Positions 9,545 through 23,613 of a stretch of 64,000 nucleotides of DNA are shown here, piece by piece (position 1 is the stretch's first letter; each line of letters begins with the position of its first letter). The translations under genes were made by a program, and so were the position numbers. Source of the DNA: Lama guanicoe (taxonomy: Eukaryota); NCBI GenBank assembly GCA_013239625.1, contig MU055785.1:4154001-4218000 (forward strand), read 5' to 3'. The notes beneath the pieces are model-generated. The model was not told where the DNA came from. It searched no databases and saw only the letters and a program-made list of their open reading frames with translations.

Positions 9545-11652
9545 GTGAGTCCGGGGGATGCAGAGATTGCAGCCTGTGGCTTCACCTACGGGGTGGGTGG
9601 GGGTTCTCTATCCCAGGTGCCAAGGGAAGGCAGTAGAGGTCTTCATGGTGCAAAGTGCTTGGGAGTCTGGAATTCTGAGTCAGAACTGGGTTCAAATCCT
9701 GGCCAGCTAGCTGTGTGACTTCAGGCAAGTCACTCACCTTCTCTGAGCCTCAGTTTCCTCATCTGCCCAGTAGGGGTTGTGATAGAGACTTCCTCAGCTG
9801 GTTGGGTGATGTGAAGGAGTATACTACTTAGTTCAAACTGCTCCAGTCAGGACCCAGGCCCTGCCCCTTCCTAGCTGTGTGACACTGGCTACATTATGTA
9901 AACTCTCTGTGCCTCAGTCCCATCATCCATAAAATGGGGATTATAATACTATATATACTACTATATGTATTATATGTACTATTACATATATTGTATACAT
10001 GCATTATAGCTATACATATACTGTAATAGATATAATAATACATTATGTATACTATTATATACATATAATATAATAGTATGTTATGTATACTGTTACAGTA
10101 TATGTACAGTTTCTGCTTTTGTGAGATTGCAGTGAGGTGAAATGAGTTAATATCTGTAAAGCATTTGGGACAGTGCCTGGCAGAGAGTAAGTGCTATGTG
10201 AGAATAGATGATTATTTTTATCATATTCATTATTAATACCCATGAAATACTTAACATAGAACCCTGCACATAGCAAGTGCTCAATAAATACGATCTATTG
10301 TTATCAGGAAGTAAGATAATGATTCATAAGGGCTTAGCCTAGTACCTGACACACACTTAACATTCAATAAATGTGATTGCTGGTCGACTGTTATTTAAAT
10401 TATCTCTGTTACTAGATCATGATGCTGCTGTGCCCTGGAGAGTTTTAAGCTTTCGTTTTAGTCTTGTGGTAGAAATTTCGGTAGGAATTATCTCATGGCC
10501 TACTGCATCCCACAGGAAGATACCTAGAGGGGATTAGTCCATCGTGTCTTATTTGCCCCTTTCTGGTGACTTCCAGCCCGCTCAGATCACTCCTTCCTTT
10601 TTGGGGTGCTATGTCAGTCCCTCCCTTTCTATTGCTAGAAATGGAAGCCGACCTATTCCCCCTTACCCTGAATTCCAGCCAACTCACAACCAAGCTGTAT
10701 TCTCGAGTATGGTCATTTTCTTTTTCAGTTGGCAGATTTGTTTGCTTAATCGAAGAGGAGAATAGAAGAGAGGATTGTGGGGTTACTAGCTTTGATTTTG
10801 TATGTTTTTGGTGAAGAAACACGTCTTTTACAAAGTAGATCTTGGAAAATACCTGGACTACATATACTATTTTAAAAAAAAGTAAAAAATAAATAAAAAA
10901 GTAAAAGTAAAATCCAGTCACGTGGAGTTCTGCACGTTGTGTGGAAGCAGAATCCTGTCCACAGAGAGCAAAAAGTAGGATTTGAAAAGCCCTATTCAGG
11001 GAGAATTCCAAGATTATAGCTTGGCAAATTGTGAAATAAAATTCAGTTCTTTCCTCGCCTCTGCAAGGGTCATATTTTCCTGTCAGCCAGGAATTTTTTC
11101 CCCTTTAACATGAAACTTTAATTTCTTATGGTGTGGGGGTCTTTTTCTACTTGTGCTTTTACTACAGATCACATGCCTTGGATTCTTTATGAAAGTAGAA
11201 AGAAAAATAGGCCCCATTTACTAACTGCTGGAGATTGTGCACTCTGAGCAGTATTCCTTCGTGAGGTAAGTCCTGTTGTTCAGCCTGTTTTACAGAGGAG
11301 GAAACTGGGGCTCAGAGAGGTGCAGTGACTGAGCCAAGCTCACACAGAGAGGAGGTGGCAGAGCCAAGATTTGAACTTAGGTCTTACCAGACTGCACAGC
11401 CCATGCTTCTGCCTGGTTCTATAAAATACCCCCGCAGTGGCCTCAATCCCATCCCTAAGTCAGAAGCCTGTTCTCAGTGGTTCAGGGTTTCCAGTGATAA
11501 ACCTGGCGGCCCCAGTGCCCCAGAAATGAGATTTTCTCTCTTCTCTGTGGTTGGCGTGTCAGCTCCGAGGGGACCTGGGATGTGTCTTTTTAACGTTGCT
11601 CACAGCCTGACAGGTCTGAGTGGGTGGTCTCGGCCCTGCCTCTGTCTCGCAG

Positions 11653-11729
11653 GCATTGCCGTGTGCATCGGGATGGCCAGCACCTTCGCCTATGCCAACT
11701 CCACACTCCGAGAACAAGTCTCCCTCAAG
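11653..11729 (+). CDS. RNFT2: RNFT2 coding exon 4 (GIAVCIGMASTFAYANSTLREQVSLK)
   Basis: Acceptor tctcgcag|G, donor AAG|GTGAGT; 77 nt, phase 1 to 0. Confidence 0.95.
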
Positions 11730-11744
11730 GTGAGTCACCTGGCA

Positions 11745-12245
11745 AATTAGTCTCCTAGGGCTGCTGTCATGAACGACCACAAACTTCATGACTTGAAACA
11801 ACCGAAGCGTATGACCTCACAGTTCTGTAGATCAGAAGTCTGAAGTGGGGCCCTCTAGCCTAAGATCGAGGTGTCAGCAGGACTCCATTCCTTCTGGAGG
11901 ATTCAGAGGTCAGTCTCTTTCCTCGCCCTTTCCAGATTCTAGAAGTCACCCACGTTCATTGGCTCACATCCCCATCATCCTCCTTCGAGCCAGCACTGTT
12001 GCATCTCTGTAACCATCCTTCTACAGACACATCTCCCTCTGATGCACCTCTTCTGTCTCCCTCTTCCACTTTTAGGGACCCCTGTGATAACATTGCCCCC
12101 ACCCCAGATAATCCAGGAGACACTCCCCATTGCACAGTCAGCTGATTAGCAACCTTAATTCCACCTGCAGCCCACATTGCATTTGCCATGTATTCATAGG
12201 TTGTAGAGATTAGGACGGTGACATCTTTGGGAGGCCCATCTTCTC
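11745..12245 (-). mobile_element. MLT1 (MaLR) LTR
   Basis: ttagtctcctagggctgctg...cacagttctgtagatcagaagtctg...gattaggacggtgacatctttggg. Confidence 0.75.
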
Positions 12246-14794
12246 CCTCCCACCCCAGGCAGATTCCCCGATTTGCCATCCTTCCGCACCAGCCTTCCAG
12301 TAGTAACATCTCTCCCATGAGCCCCTGGCCCAGTCCCCTTACACTCCTGGCATTCAACCAGTTAGCTCACTTCCAGCCCACCCTCATGGTTAAGGTCATC
12401 CTACTGGCACTGCTGAGTGGCCATGTGGCTTCACCACCATCATCCCGAATGCCCTGTCTGATACCTGCTGAGCACTAACTGTGTCCAGCCCAGTGCTCAG
12501 CCCGTTACACAGCTCATCTTGCACATTCATTCCAGCAACCTGGGAGTGAGGCAGAATTATTCTTAATTCATTTTCCCAATGAGGAAACAGTGACGCAGAA
12601 TTTCTTGACTAAGAACTGAGTTTCTTGCCTAAAGCCACACAGCCAGGACAAAGGGTGGCATCAGGATATGAACCCAGGCATTGAGCCCAGAGCCTGTGCT
12701 CCCCACCAGGTTCAAATCCCAGCTCCTGCACGTCCTTGGACAGGTTATTTCCATGATCTCAGCCCCAGGTGCTGTCTCTGGAAGAGGAACTTCCACACCA
12801 GCTTCATACACCCATTGTGAGTATTAAATGAGATCATGCATGGAAGGTGTTCAGCGTGGTTCCTGGCTTATAGGAACTGTGTAATTGAGCTATTTTTAAC
12901 AAGCCTGTGTTTTCTACTGCACGTGTGATCCTGTAACAGTCACCATCCTCTCTGAACCTCCTTCGGGGTCATCTGCTTTCTGAGAGCCACCTGGGCCTCC
13001 ATGAGGCATGGAGGGCAGCTCAGTCTCCATTGAAGACATGAGCACATTGAAGTCCAGAGTTGGGCATGGAGACAGAGGTTCTTCTTGACCCTTAGTCTCA
13101 TCTTCTTCATGCAAACCCCTTTCTGCTGCTGTTAGAACAGTAGGTTGATCAACACCATGGTGGGAGGCTATTGTGGCTGGCTCTTCTTGATTGCAGTGAC
13201 ATCTGAATTGAGCCCTGACTTGAATTTTAAGGGAAAGGGCATACCTGTATATGTGGACAGGCTTTGAGGGGTCCTTGAACTCTGTGAAGACACAGGCAAT
13301 GTTTTGGCTGTCTGCGTGTATTTTTGTGAAAGAGAGTCTGTGTGACCTTAGGAATCTCAGCTTACTGCTACAGAAGTACCCCATTTTGTCCTTCTGAGTC
13401 TGGCTTCTCCGGGCATTGCTAATTCCCTTTCTCTTCACTTTGGGTTTGGATTTACAGGGGACTAAACTGAAATCTATTATTTATTGGGGTAAAAAGGGCT
13501 GCCGAGTGGATTAATCACATTGATAAGAGCAGTTGGTTGGTGGGAGGTGGTTTCTCGGGCAGTTAACCTTGACCACTCCTGGAATAATGGATGGATGGAG
13601 ATGCATTTATTTTGTCTACTCTATGGAAATGTGCATCATAACAGTGTGTGGGGCGCTGAGCTATGTCTGGAGACAGTGGATCATTTACTGAAACCATAGG
13701 GAAGGTCACGCTGGAAAAGTTATGACCTCATCTTATTCCAGCAACGCAGCTGCCTTGGTCCAGGAAAAGACAAGCTTTTGAGAATCAGGAGTATGGGGGT
13801 CCGGTGATGTATCCCAAGCTACACAGGCAGGAGCCTGCCTCCAGAAATCTCCTAGGGTTGCTCTTAGGCTGAGAAACTAAGAAACAGCGAACCGAGAAGG
13901 TTTCCCGGCTTGTCTTCCTGGGGGCTGATCAGAAACAAGGCTGGAGAAAGAGAAGACAGGGCTGGATTGCGAAGGGCTTTGACAGCCACATGTATGAGTA
14001 TGAATTTAATTCTATAAATGTGGCCCTACGTCTAATGGTCAGTCTGGGGCAGTAGCCCAGGGGTTTATGCTAGAAAAAGTGAGAACAGAAGTTTCTAACC
14101 TGTCGATCTGAATCTACTGCTGGGTTTAAACTCAGAATGACAGGTTCTTACCCCTTAGTGAGCCTGAAGTATGCACCCGTACCAGACTGAATGTTTACAT
14201 TTATAAAGTTTACTTAACCCTTAAAACAAAATGAGATTTTTTAACAGGGGCAATGAGGCTGAAACATGTGCCCTTGAGCAAGAGTTACTGAATTTCTCTG
14301 TGAGTCAATTCCTAACAGTAAATGTAAACTAATGATTTCTATATACCAGGCACTGTTCTGAGTGTTTTATGTACATTAATTCTCACAACTCTATAAGAGA
14401 GTGCAATATATACCCATTTTACAGATGAGGAAAGAGAAATACAGAAAGTTTAAGTAACTTACCCAGGCTTGGACAACCCCCAGGTAGCAGACCAAAGATT
14501 TGAACCAAGGCCATCCAGCTCCAGAGTCTGTTTTCGCTAACCATGCTGCCCTCCTGCCTTTCTGAATAGTTTTCCAAGCAGATTTCCACATTTTTGTTAC
14601 CTTGTCTGAAACCATCCTCTGGGTTCCAGTGGGATGGAAAGATGCCAATGCCTTTCCTTTCACTGTTAGCCCTGTTTCCTTGGAACCTTTGAAAAAGGGA
14701 AAAGTTTCCCCTTGTTGGGGAACATTCTGAAATGTTTTGCCAGGTTCACCTTTGGCAGCTCAGCTTCCCCACAGATCTCTTGCTTTGTCCCTAG

Positions 14795-14895
14795 GAGAAG
14801 AGGTCGGTACTGGTCATCTTGTGGATCTTGGCCTTTCTGGCGGGGAACACCCTCTATGTGCTCTATACGTTCAGTTCCCAGCAGCTGTACAACAG
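14795..14895 (+). CDS. RNFT2: RNFT2 coding exon 5 (EKRSVLVILWILAFLAGNTLYVLYTFSSQQLYN-S)
   Basis: Acceptor tttgtccctag|G, donor CAG|GTGAGC; 101 nt; encodes a hydrophobic TM helix. Confidence 0.95.
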
Positions 14896-17800
14896 GTGAG
14901 CAGGGGAGTCTGACCCCCACAGTGGGAAAGTGGGGGACTTTGTTGGCCTTGACACACAGCCCTTTCACTTCAGAACAATGCAATGGCTCTAGGTCACGTT
15001 GTAACTTTCAGATTCCACCCTGTTGTTATATACACACACACCTAGAGCAGAAGTCATATTATAATGCAAGCCACATGTGTAATTTTGCATTTTCAAGTAG
15101 CCACATAGTGCATGGTGGGGAGGAATGGCTAGTGAGAGTCTCTAGGATAGGACTGAAACTCAGTTCAAGCTTTCAGATCACGTCCATCTATTTTGAAAAT
15201 GGACTTTGAGGAATGAGCAGTTTTCCCACTTTCTGGGGCCACCTGAAGTTGCATAAAAGCAATTTGGGAAGTTAGTTCCAAGACATCGACATGCATCTCA
15301 CACACTGCATTAGTTGTCTGGCCCAGAAGATCAAAGTCCTGGTGGAGGGTGTAGGAGGTGGAGTTTCCCAGAACCTTGGATGAATTTCCAGCTCATGCCA
15401 TTCTCTGGGTATGATCACATTCAGAGGCTCAGACCTCAGTGCCCTCATCAAACCAGGGCTGAGTCAAACTGGCAGCCCACAAAGAGAAACAGTGGCTTGG
15501 GAAAAAAGCAACAGAGCTAAGCCTCCTTCCTTTTTGATGTGAGTGGTCTAGAGTGTGTTTGTAAGTGATACCAACAGCTGTTACCTTATTTTGCCCTCCC
15601 AGTGACCCAGCAGGATATTACTGGCCCCATTTTACAGGTGAGGAAACTGAGGCCTAATGAAACTCTTTCTAATGGGCCTTAGTCCTGGTAAGTACCCACA
15701 AGCTTGAATCTCCCCAGGATTTGAAGTCTGATGACCAGCGTCAGACAGCCTTCAGCCTGCCCCTTACCAACTTTGTGCCCTTTGGCAAATAAAGGAACCT
15801 CTTTGAACCTCCTAGTTTTTGCATTTGTGAAACCAGGACCAAGTAAAGTTTTGCCTTATCCACCTGAACAGGCTAATTATTAGAGAGGGAAATGTTGTAA
15901 ATACATGAAAAGTACTGGGGAAACTGTGAGACATTTGCTATGTTGTAATCACACCATAATTAATACAATTCTTTTATGATGAATTACTAAACCTGTTGGT
16001 GGTGGTGCCTAATAGGGCACAAAACAAACAATAAAATGTATCCATCCATTAACGTTCATAGTGTACATTAGAAATAAGTGGACTTAGTGATCAATCCCGA
16101 AAAACACTTTGGCATCTTTCCTGCTCCAAAAGCCAAAACAAAAAACACTAAGACAATGTTACAACCCAAACAGGTGGATTGAACAGATAGATGTCTCTGA
16201 GATAAAATGGAAAGTGGAGGGCAGATCTTCATTTTATTGCCATTAGAGATGCGTATTAAAGAAGCAGGGCATAGAAGTCAGCCAGCCAGCCTGGGATATT
16301 CCCAGGGAAGGACAAGGGCAGAAGAAGAGAAGGGAGCTCAGGGCTGCCAGCCTCTCCCCGCATCACAACGCGGATGGCAACTCAGACTCGAACTTGGAGA
16401 CAAGGCATCCCACGGAGACAGAACTCAGATGTGGAAGGACACTGAAGGTATCTTGAGAGATTGCCAAAATAGATTGTTTTCATTGATTTTGCCCTACTCT
16501 AGCTCTTCAAAGATTTTTGTTATAAATAGAAATCGATTTTTACAAATAAAAGAATAGACCACTCAGTTTCTAGGATGCTCTCATCAGGGGACCTCAGTGT
16601 GCACCGTTTTCCACCAGCCCTGCAGCGTGCGTGGAAAGCATTTAGAAAGCGTTTGCTCTGGGTTGTGTGCACTGTTATCTGCTTTTGAGGGGACAGGCAG
16701 GACTCCGACTGGCCTTTTCTCAGAGCCTCTATCCAACGGGAAGAAAAGCTAGAGGACCAGCATGGTTTGGGTGCTGGTTCCAATCCTAGCGCCACATTCT
16801 AACTGAAATGCCACATTCTAGTTTATCCCACGTCATAGTGCCCCAGATTCCCCAGCCCAAAATGGGATAATCCTAGTGCCTACCACGTAGAGCCTTTGGG
16901 AAGATGAAATGAGTTAAGACACACACAGCATTCAGGATAGGATCAGCATGATGTAAAGAGCCAAGATATTATTACCACAAGTAACATCATCCTTCTCTGA
17001 GGTGGTGGAGAGCAGTGCTACTCAATGTGTGGTCCGTGGACTTGTGCCAGTGTCAGAACGGTTTGTTGTCTGTCTCCAACAAGGGAAGTACAGAAATTGA
17101 GTGTGAGGTTGACTTACCTACTCACGGATGGGTAAAATGGGTTGACACACTCTGAGTGGCACTGCAGTAGAGTAAGAATTGACAGCAGTAACTGTAGCCA
17201 GCGTGCCTGGGTTCGAATCCACCACTGTCCCTTCATAGTTGTAGTACCTCATGCATGTTACTTTACCTTCCTGTGCCTCAGTTTTCTCATCTGCAAAGTG
17301 GGTGGATAACAGCACCTGCCTCATAGACATGTTATCATCATCCGTACTGCCCGGCAGTCTGTAGTAGGTCCGTTATTGAATCCCACCAATAGCGCAATGA
17401 GGAAGGGAACGATTTCCGTTTTATTGGTAAGGCTTACAGAGAGAACATTATTTGTCTAGGCTCCAATAAATGGAGAAGCCTGGATTCAAATTCAAGTTTG
17501 TGTGACATTGATGCCCGTATGCTTATCACGTAGAGTGACCTTGGGCAACTGACTTCACCTCTCCAATCTTCGGTGTCTCATTTATAAAGTGGGGATAAGT
17601 AGTGCTTACTGTGCAGGACAATGAGATACAGTGAGTAAAGAGCTTAGCACGGTGTCTGCACATCAGATCCTCCCTTTCTCTCCCTCTTTCATAGTATTGT
17701 TTGGCTTCCTTCCATCCTTCCTTCCACTTCCTCTTGTAAAGCCTCTTGTGGACCCATAAAACTGGAGGGGACCTTAACTAATGATGCTCCAAGTGTATCT

Positions 17801-18025
17801 CATCGTTTAACTCTCAGGGGAACAGAGGCTTAAAGAGGTCAGGATACCCACCTGAGGTCACACAGCAAGTTAGTAGCAGGTTCAGCAACAAGGCAGAAAT
17901 GTCTGACTCCCAGCTGAGTACTCTTTCTACAGGTAATATTTACAAGGTTCCCAGAGTGATTAGAAAGGGCTGACAAGGGCCAGTGATCCTAAGTGAGCAT
18001 CCTGACTCTCTGAACCCTCCCTCAG

Positions 18026-18179
18026 CCTCATCTTCCTGAAGCCTAACCTAGAGACTCTGGACTTCTTCGACCTGCTGTGGATCGTGGGGATCGCAGACTT
18101 TGTGCTGAAGTATATCACCATCGCCCTCAAGTGCCTCGTCGTGGCCCTGCCTAAGATCATCCTGGCCGTCAAGTCCAAG
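18026..18179 (+). CDS. RNFT2: RNFT2 coding exon 6 (LIFLKPNLETLDFFDLLWIVGIADFVLKYITIALKCLVVALPKIILAVKSK)
   Basis: Acceptor ccctccctcag|C, donor AAG|GTAGGC; 154 nt, phase 2 to 0. Confidence 0.95.
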
Positions 18180-18859
18180 GTAGGCACAGGCTGGGGCCCC
18201 GTCACGCTGATCATGCAGGGGATTCAGGGCATCTTCTGGAGGAGGAAAGAGTGGGCCTGGGCAGAGCTGATGTCAGGGCATCAAATGACCAGCGCCTGAG
18301 CTGGTGGATCCTGTTACCAACCTCTCCTGATTCCTTGAAGCTGAGCATGACTCTTTGTTGTCACCACCCTCCTGTCACGCCTCTGCTCTCCAACTCCATT
18401 TCCTAAGTTTCATCGTTCAAAGCTGCCCTTGATGCAGTTTTCATCTAAATTTCACCTGAGAAAGAAAAAAAGCACATTGACATGCACTGTGTGCTGCTTC
18501 TCCCAGGGAAGGATGGCTGTTATGGGTTTTGACTCTTTGTGGCTTTGAGGATGTGTTTTGTAAAGAGTACCTACCGAGGCTCAAAAGGAAAGAACTCTGA
18601 TCAGTTAGGGAATGATCAATGATTCTTTACTGTGTACCTTAGGGAAAGGCCTGTGGGCCCGTGTTGGGATGAGGTGGTGTTGGGGAATAACCACTGTAAT
18701 TCAGAGGACGGAGCAGGGCTGGGAAAAGATGCCATCAACAGATCAGAAAGCTCAGAATTTGTCCCAGGTGTTGGTTGGCAGAAGAGAAGATTGGAATTGA
18801 CTGTCCATCTTGACTGACAGTTGATCAGATCATTGGCCAGGCACGTAGGAAAAATGTGT

Positions 18860-19735
18860 TCCTTTGTTTCTTCTGTCCACACACACACTCAGTACCTCTG
18901 CCACCAGACATGTGGGTTTTCNNNNNNNNNNNNNNNNNNNNNNNNNNNNNNNNNNNNNNNNNNNNNNNNNNNNNNNNNNNNNNNNNNNNNNNNNNNNNNN
19001 NNNNNNNNNNNNNNNNNNNNNNNNNNNNNNNNNNNNNNNNNNNNNNNNNNNNNNNNNNNNNNNNNNNNNNNNNNNNNNNNNNNNCTATAAATCAGAGTTA
19101 CCACGACCCCCTCCTTGGGTTTAGTCATTTGCTAGAGCAGCTCACAGAACTCAGGAAAACTCTTAAACACTTACCAATTTATTCTATAATAAAGGATACA
19201 GTGAAAGCTACAGATGAAGAGATCTCTAGGGTGAGGTCCAGAAGAGTCCCAAGCACAGCAGCTTCTGTGCCCTTGAAGTTGGGGAGCATCACCCTCCCAG
19301 CCTATAGATATGTTCACCAACTCAGAAGGTCTCCAGACCCTGGGTTATCACATTGGCATGATTGATTTTTAAGTCCCTCTCCCTCCCCTCTCCACTTTCT
19401 GGAATAATGGGGGTATGGCTGAAAGTCTCAAGCTTCTAATTATGGCTTAGTCTTTCTGGTGACCAGCCCCTACCCAGGAGCCCACCAGGATTCCCCTCAT
19501 CAGAACAAAAGACGCTCTAGGGAATGCCAAGGGATTTAGGAGGTCAGCATCAGATGCTTCTATCACTCAGGAAGTTACAAAGATCTTAGGAGCTCTGTGT
19601 CAGGAACTTGGAATCAAAGACTAAATGTGAGAATGAAAGATTTTCCTAGCACCCCAATTTGCAAGGGCTTTTAGGAACTCCAGGTCAGGAACCGGGGGCA
19701 GAGATCAATAAAAATATCTCTTATTATTGCACCCC
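18860..19735. mobile_element. MER21-family LTR, interrupted by an assembly gap
   Basis: accccctccttgggtttagtcatttgctagagcagctcacagaactcaggaaaac is characteristic of MER21. Confidence 0.7.
18922..19084. other. Assembly gap (163 N)
   Basis: Run of N. Confidence 1.
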
Positions 19736-20594
19736 AGGGTAATTCTGTCCCCCAACACCTCACCTTTACTCCTCACCCCCACCACAAATTTATCTGGTTG
19801 AGCCAAAATCCTAGAAAATTTAGCAGTTTTCTTAGATAAAGCCACAGCTCTGGTGCCCAGAATCAGGAAGTCTCAAATGGCATAAAGACAAAAAAAAAAG
19901 AGACAGAGAAGAAAGGCAAAAGAGGAAGCAATATGTCTAAAGAATTCCTGAGATGCCTCCCTGTTCACCAGTCCCCAAACCATAATAACCATTATCATTT
20001 GCCCATTGAGCTCATGCCACATGTCAGGTCAGCACCAGGGAGGTAGCAATATGGCCTGATGGCTACACACGTGGATGTTAGCATCAGATGTGTCTACATC
20101 CTGGTCCCTGCTGTATCCTATCCTAGCTGTGTGACTTTGGGCAGATGATGAAACCTCTCTGAGCCTTAGTTTCCTCATCTGTCAACTGATGACAATAATA
20201 GCACCTTCTTCCTATGTCCTAACCTCATAAGAACTGTTTCTGGTGGGAAATCTTTGCCTCATGCCCAGCATTATTAGTAAGCGCTCAGTGAATGATTTGC
20301 AATACTGCTAAGTTTTATTTAGTCTTCATGATGGCCAGCTCTGCACCAACTAGCTGTGTGACCTTGAATAAGTAACTTAGTCTCTCTGTGTCTCAGTTCC
20401 CTCATCTGTAAAATGGGGGTAATAATTGTGCTGAATGTCTTCCTCTTGCCCCTCGAGGGGTACTCTCCACCTTTCTTGCCCTGCTCTCTGCCCTGGAAGC
20501 TGAGCTGGGTGAACTATATCAACAGGCTCCTGTGGCCCCTGGCTGCCAGTTGGGTTCAGCCAGTGGGAAGCCTGAAAGAAGCAAGAGGCAGAGG

Positions 20595-21030
20595 TGTATC
20601 AGTCTCCTATGGAAGCCATAACACATTGCCACATTAAGCCACATTGGTGGTGTAAGGGACCATAAATGTATTACCTTACAGTTATGGAGGTCACAGTTCT
20701 AAAATGAGTTTCATTGGGCTAAAGTCAAGGTGTTCACAGGGCTGCATTCCCTCCTCCATCCCTCCTGCCCTCTTGGCACTGGCAGGTTGAGTCCTTCTCT
20801 CCTCTCTCTGACCTCTGCTTCCATCGTCATATCTCCTCTGACTCCGACCCTCCTGCCTCCGTCTAAGGACCCTTGTGATTACACTGAACACATCTGGAGA
20901 ATCTCCCCATCTCAAGCTCTGTAAACTTAGTTATGTCTGCATAGTCCCCTTTGCCATGTAAGGTCACCTAGTCACAGCTTTTGGGGATTAGGATGCAGAC
21001 AGCTTTAGGGGGATTATTATTCTACCGGCC
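20595..21030 (-). mobile_element. MLT1 LTR
   Basis: tgtatcagtctcctatggaagccataac...cacagcttttggggattaggatgcagacagctttaggggg. Confidence 0.7.
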
Positions 21031-21364
21031 ATACCTGGTTTTCTCCCTGCTGTGCACCCATGGGTTGGTGCTGTACTTTACACACGTTGACTTGTTAAAT
21101 CTGCACAACAGCCCCATGAAGCAGGTGCCGTTTCCCCATCCCCTTTCGCAGATGTGGGAGATGAGCGCCAACACACAGTTCCCATCATGGGCAGCCCTCC
21201 GCAGACAGCTTCCTCTTGAAGTCTGGTAACCTGACTCTCCCCTCTTCCTTTCCGGCTGGGGGATTACAGCTCCTGCCTGTGGAGAGAGCTTCACCACCCC
21301 TTGTTCCTTTCCCTAAATCCTGCCCACACCTTTGTAAAGAGCAGACATATTGAACTCTTTACAA

Positions 21365-22570
21365 CCCCATGAATAAATGGTCAAAAGGTTTGAACAGACA
21401 CCTCACCAAAGAACATATACCGATGGTGTATAAGTACCTGAAAAGATGCTCCACATCATTAGCCTTTAAAGAAATGAAAGTTAAAACCACAGTTAGATGT
21501 CACCACTCATGGGGTACAGTGGCTAAAATTTAAAAGGTTGACCGTACCAAATGTTGGCAGAGATGGGGAAGAATTGGAACTCTCAGACAGTGCTACTGGG
21601 AATGCAAAATGTACGTCCAAAAGAAGCTGTGGTGTGTATGTGTGTGGAATACTACTCAGCCTAGAAAAGAATGAAATTTTGCCATTTGCAGCAACATGCA
21701 TGGACTTGGAGGGCATTTTGCTAAGTGAAATAAGCCAGACATAGAAAGACAAAAACTGTATGATATCACTTATATGTGGAATCTAAAAAATACGACAAAC
21801 TAGTGAATAAAACAACAAACAGCAGACTCACGGATACAGAGAAAAAACTAGCGGTTACCAGTGGGGGAGAGGGAAGGATTATTATTGGATTATATGAAAT
21901 CATGTGTGTGAAACTTTTGAAAATTGTGAAGTACTATAGAATTTAAAGAATCACTTAATAAAAATTAAATTAAATAGTTCCTCTTCAGAAACAAAAAACC
22001 AAAAAATAAATCCCAAAATGGTACATCCACTTTGGAAAACAGTTTGACTGTTTCTTGAAAGGTGAAGCCTATACCTGCCACACAATCCAGCCACCCTTCC
22101 CCTAGGTATTTACCCAAGAGGAATGTTAACATACGTCCACGTAAATCCTTTTGCTTGAATGTTCACACAGCTTGACTTGTAATAGCCGTAAGCTGGAAAT
22201 CATCTAAATTTCCATTAATAGGTGAATAGATAAATTGTGACATAGCCATGAAATACAACTCAACGATATAAAGGAATGAACTATTGATATAAACAATATA
22301 AGTGAATCTCAAAATAATAATTATGCTAAGTGAAGGTAACCATAACCAAAAAAACAGAATACAGTGTATGATTCCATTTATAGAAAGCTCTAGAAAATGC
22401 GAAGTCCTCTGTGGTGACAGAAAGCAGATCAGTGGTGGCCTGGAGGGGCCAGAGGGAGGGATTACCAAGGGGCACAAGGAAACTCTAAGGTATTAGAAAT
22501 GCTTCGTTTTGACGATGGTGGTGGTTTCACAGGTGTACACGTGTAACAGATTTATCAGATTGCACACTTT
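21365..22570 (+). mobile_element. Old L1M 3' region with a younger L1 3' end nested at 21620-22013
   Basis: L1 ORF2/3'UTR sequence. The nested copy ends in an A-rich tail and is flanked by a degenerate TSD (caaaatgtacgtcca / caaaatggtacatcca). Confidence 0.75.
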
Positions 22571-23432
22571 GAGGGGGGAATCACTGCCTCATCTCCGTGA
22601 TGACTTCAGCCCGCTCTCTGCTCCAGCCTGGGCCGCTGTGGTCCTGGCGTGGCTGCAGGACATCCTCGGGACCTCAGCTCCAGGGTCTTATCTACATGCC
22701 TTGAACCTTTTCCTTCACAGCGTTTGTGACACTTGACGATTACCTGTCTGTGCGATGATTAGATTCCCTTCTCTCTGTCTTCCCACCGTACTGAGTTTTG
22801 CCCACCAGTCTCTCCGCAAGACTTAGTGCAGCGGTGGGCACAGAGCAGGGCTCGTCAACAGTGGGTAAGTGGGTGACATGGCTGAGACACTGGAATTAGG
22901 GCCAAGCCCTGCCCTGGGCCTTCTGGTTCATTATCTACAGGCAGTAATGAGACAGGAAATCTTTTCGGTATCCACTGGGGCAAGAGACACAAATCGAGAC
23001 ATGCGAGGAAGGTAGCTAGCTCAGCACTGACTGCCTGGAATAACGATGGCTTGCAGTTATTAAGCACCAACTGTGTACCTGACACTGTGCTAAGAGCACT
23101 TCACATATGAATTACCTTACATAGCCTCTTGCTGGTCCTCTCAGGGAGGTCCCGTTCCTCTTGATGATGGATGAGGAGATGGAAGGTGGAGAGGACCAGT
23201 AGCTGTTACATGGTAGAGCTGAGACTCCAGCCTAGGGCTTCAGTGTCGGGGCCCAAGCTCTGTCTCAAAGTGGGTGTGGGCGAAAGAAAATAGGCGGTGA
23301 ATGGTTATTCATTGCCTAGTGCATTTCGGTTCTTGCTAGATTCTTTCCCATGTCTTGACTCACAGAAGGCTCTCAGCACCCCTCTGAGAGAGAGAGATTA
23401 TTATCACCTCTTTCTCGATGAAAAGCTGTGTA

Positions 23433-23613
23433 CAGTCATCCCTCAGTATCTATGAGGGACTGGTTCCAAGATCTTCTTCAGATACCAACATCCAAGGATG
23501 CTCAAGCCCGTTACAGTTGGCCCTCCATACCCACGGTTCCACATCCACAGATTTTCAGTGCGAGGTTGGTTGAATCCGCAGATGAGGACCCTACAAATAT
23601 GGAGGGTCCACTG
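23433..23613. mobile_element. MER2 (TcMar-Tigger) element
   Basis: ta|CAGTcatccctc...gagggtccACTG|ta: terminal inverted repeats with a TA TSD; internal gttgaatccgcagatg. Confidence 0.75.

Noticed and set aside
9940-10110. AT-rich quasi-palindromic tract
   Set aside because: Degenerate (TA)n expansion inside a MIR; ordinary low-complexity sequence.
18821-19365. ORFs spanning N runs (also 25909-26539)
   Set aside because: Artefacts of translating through assembly gaps within MER21 and L1 repeats.
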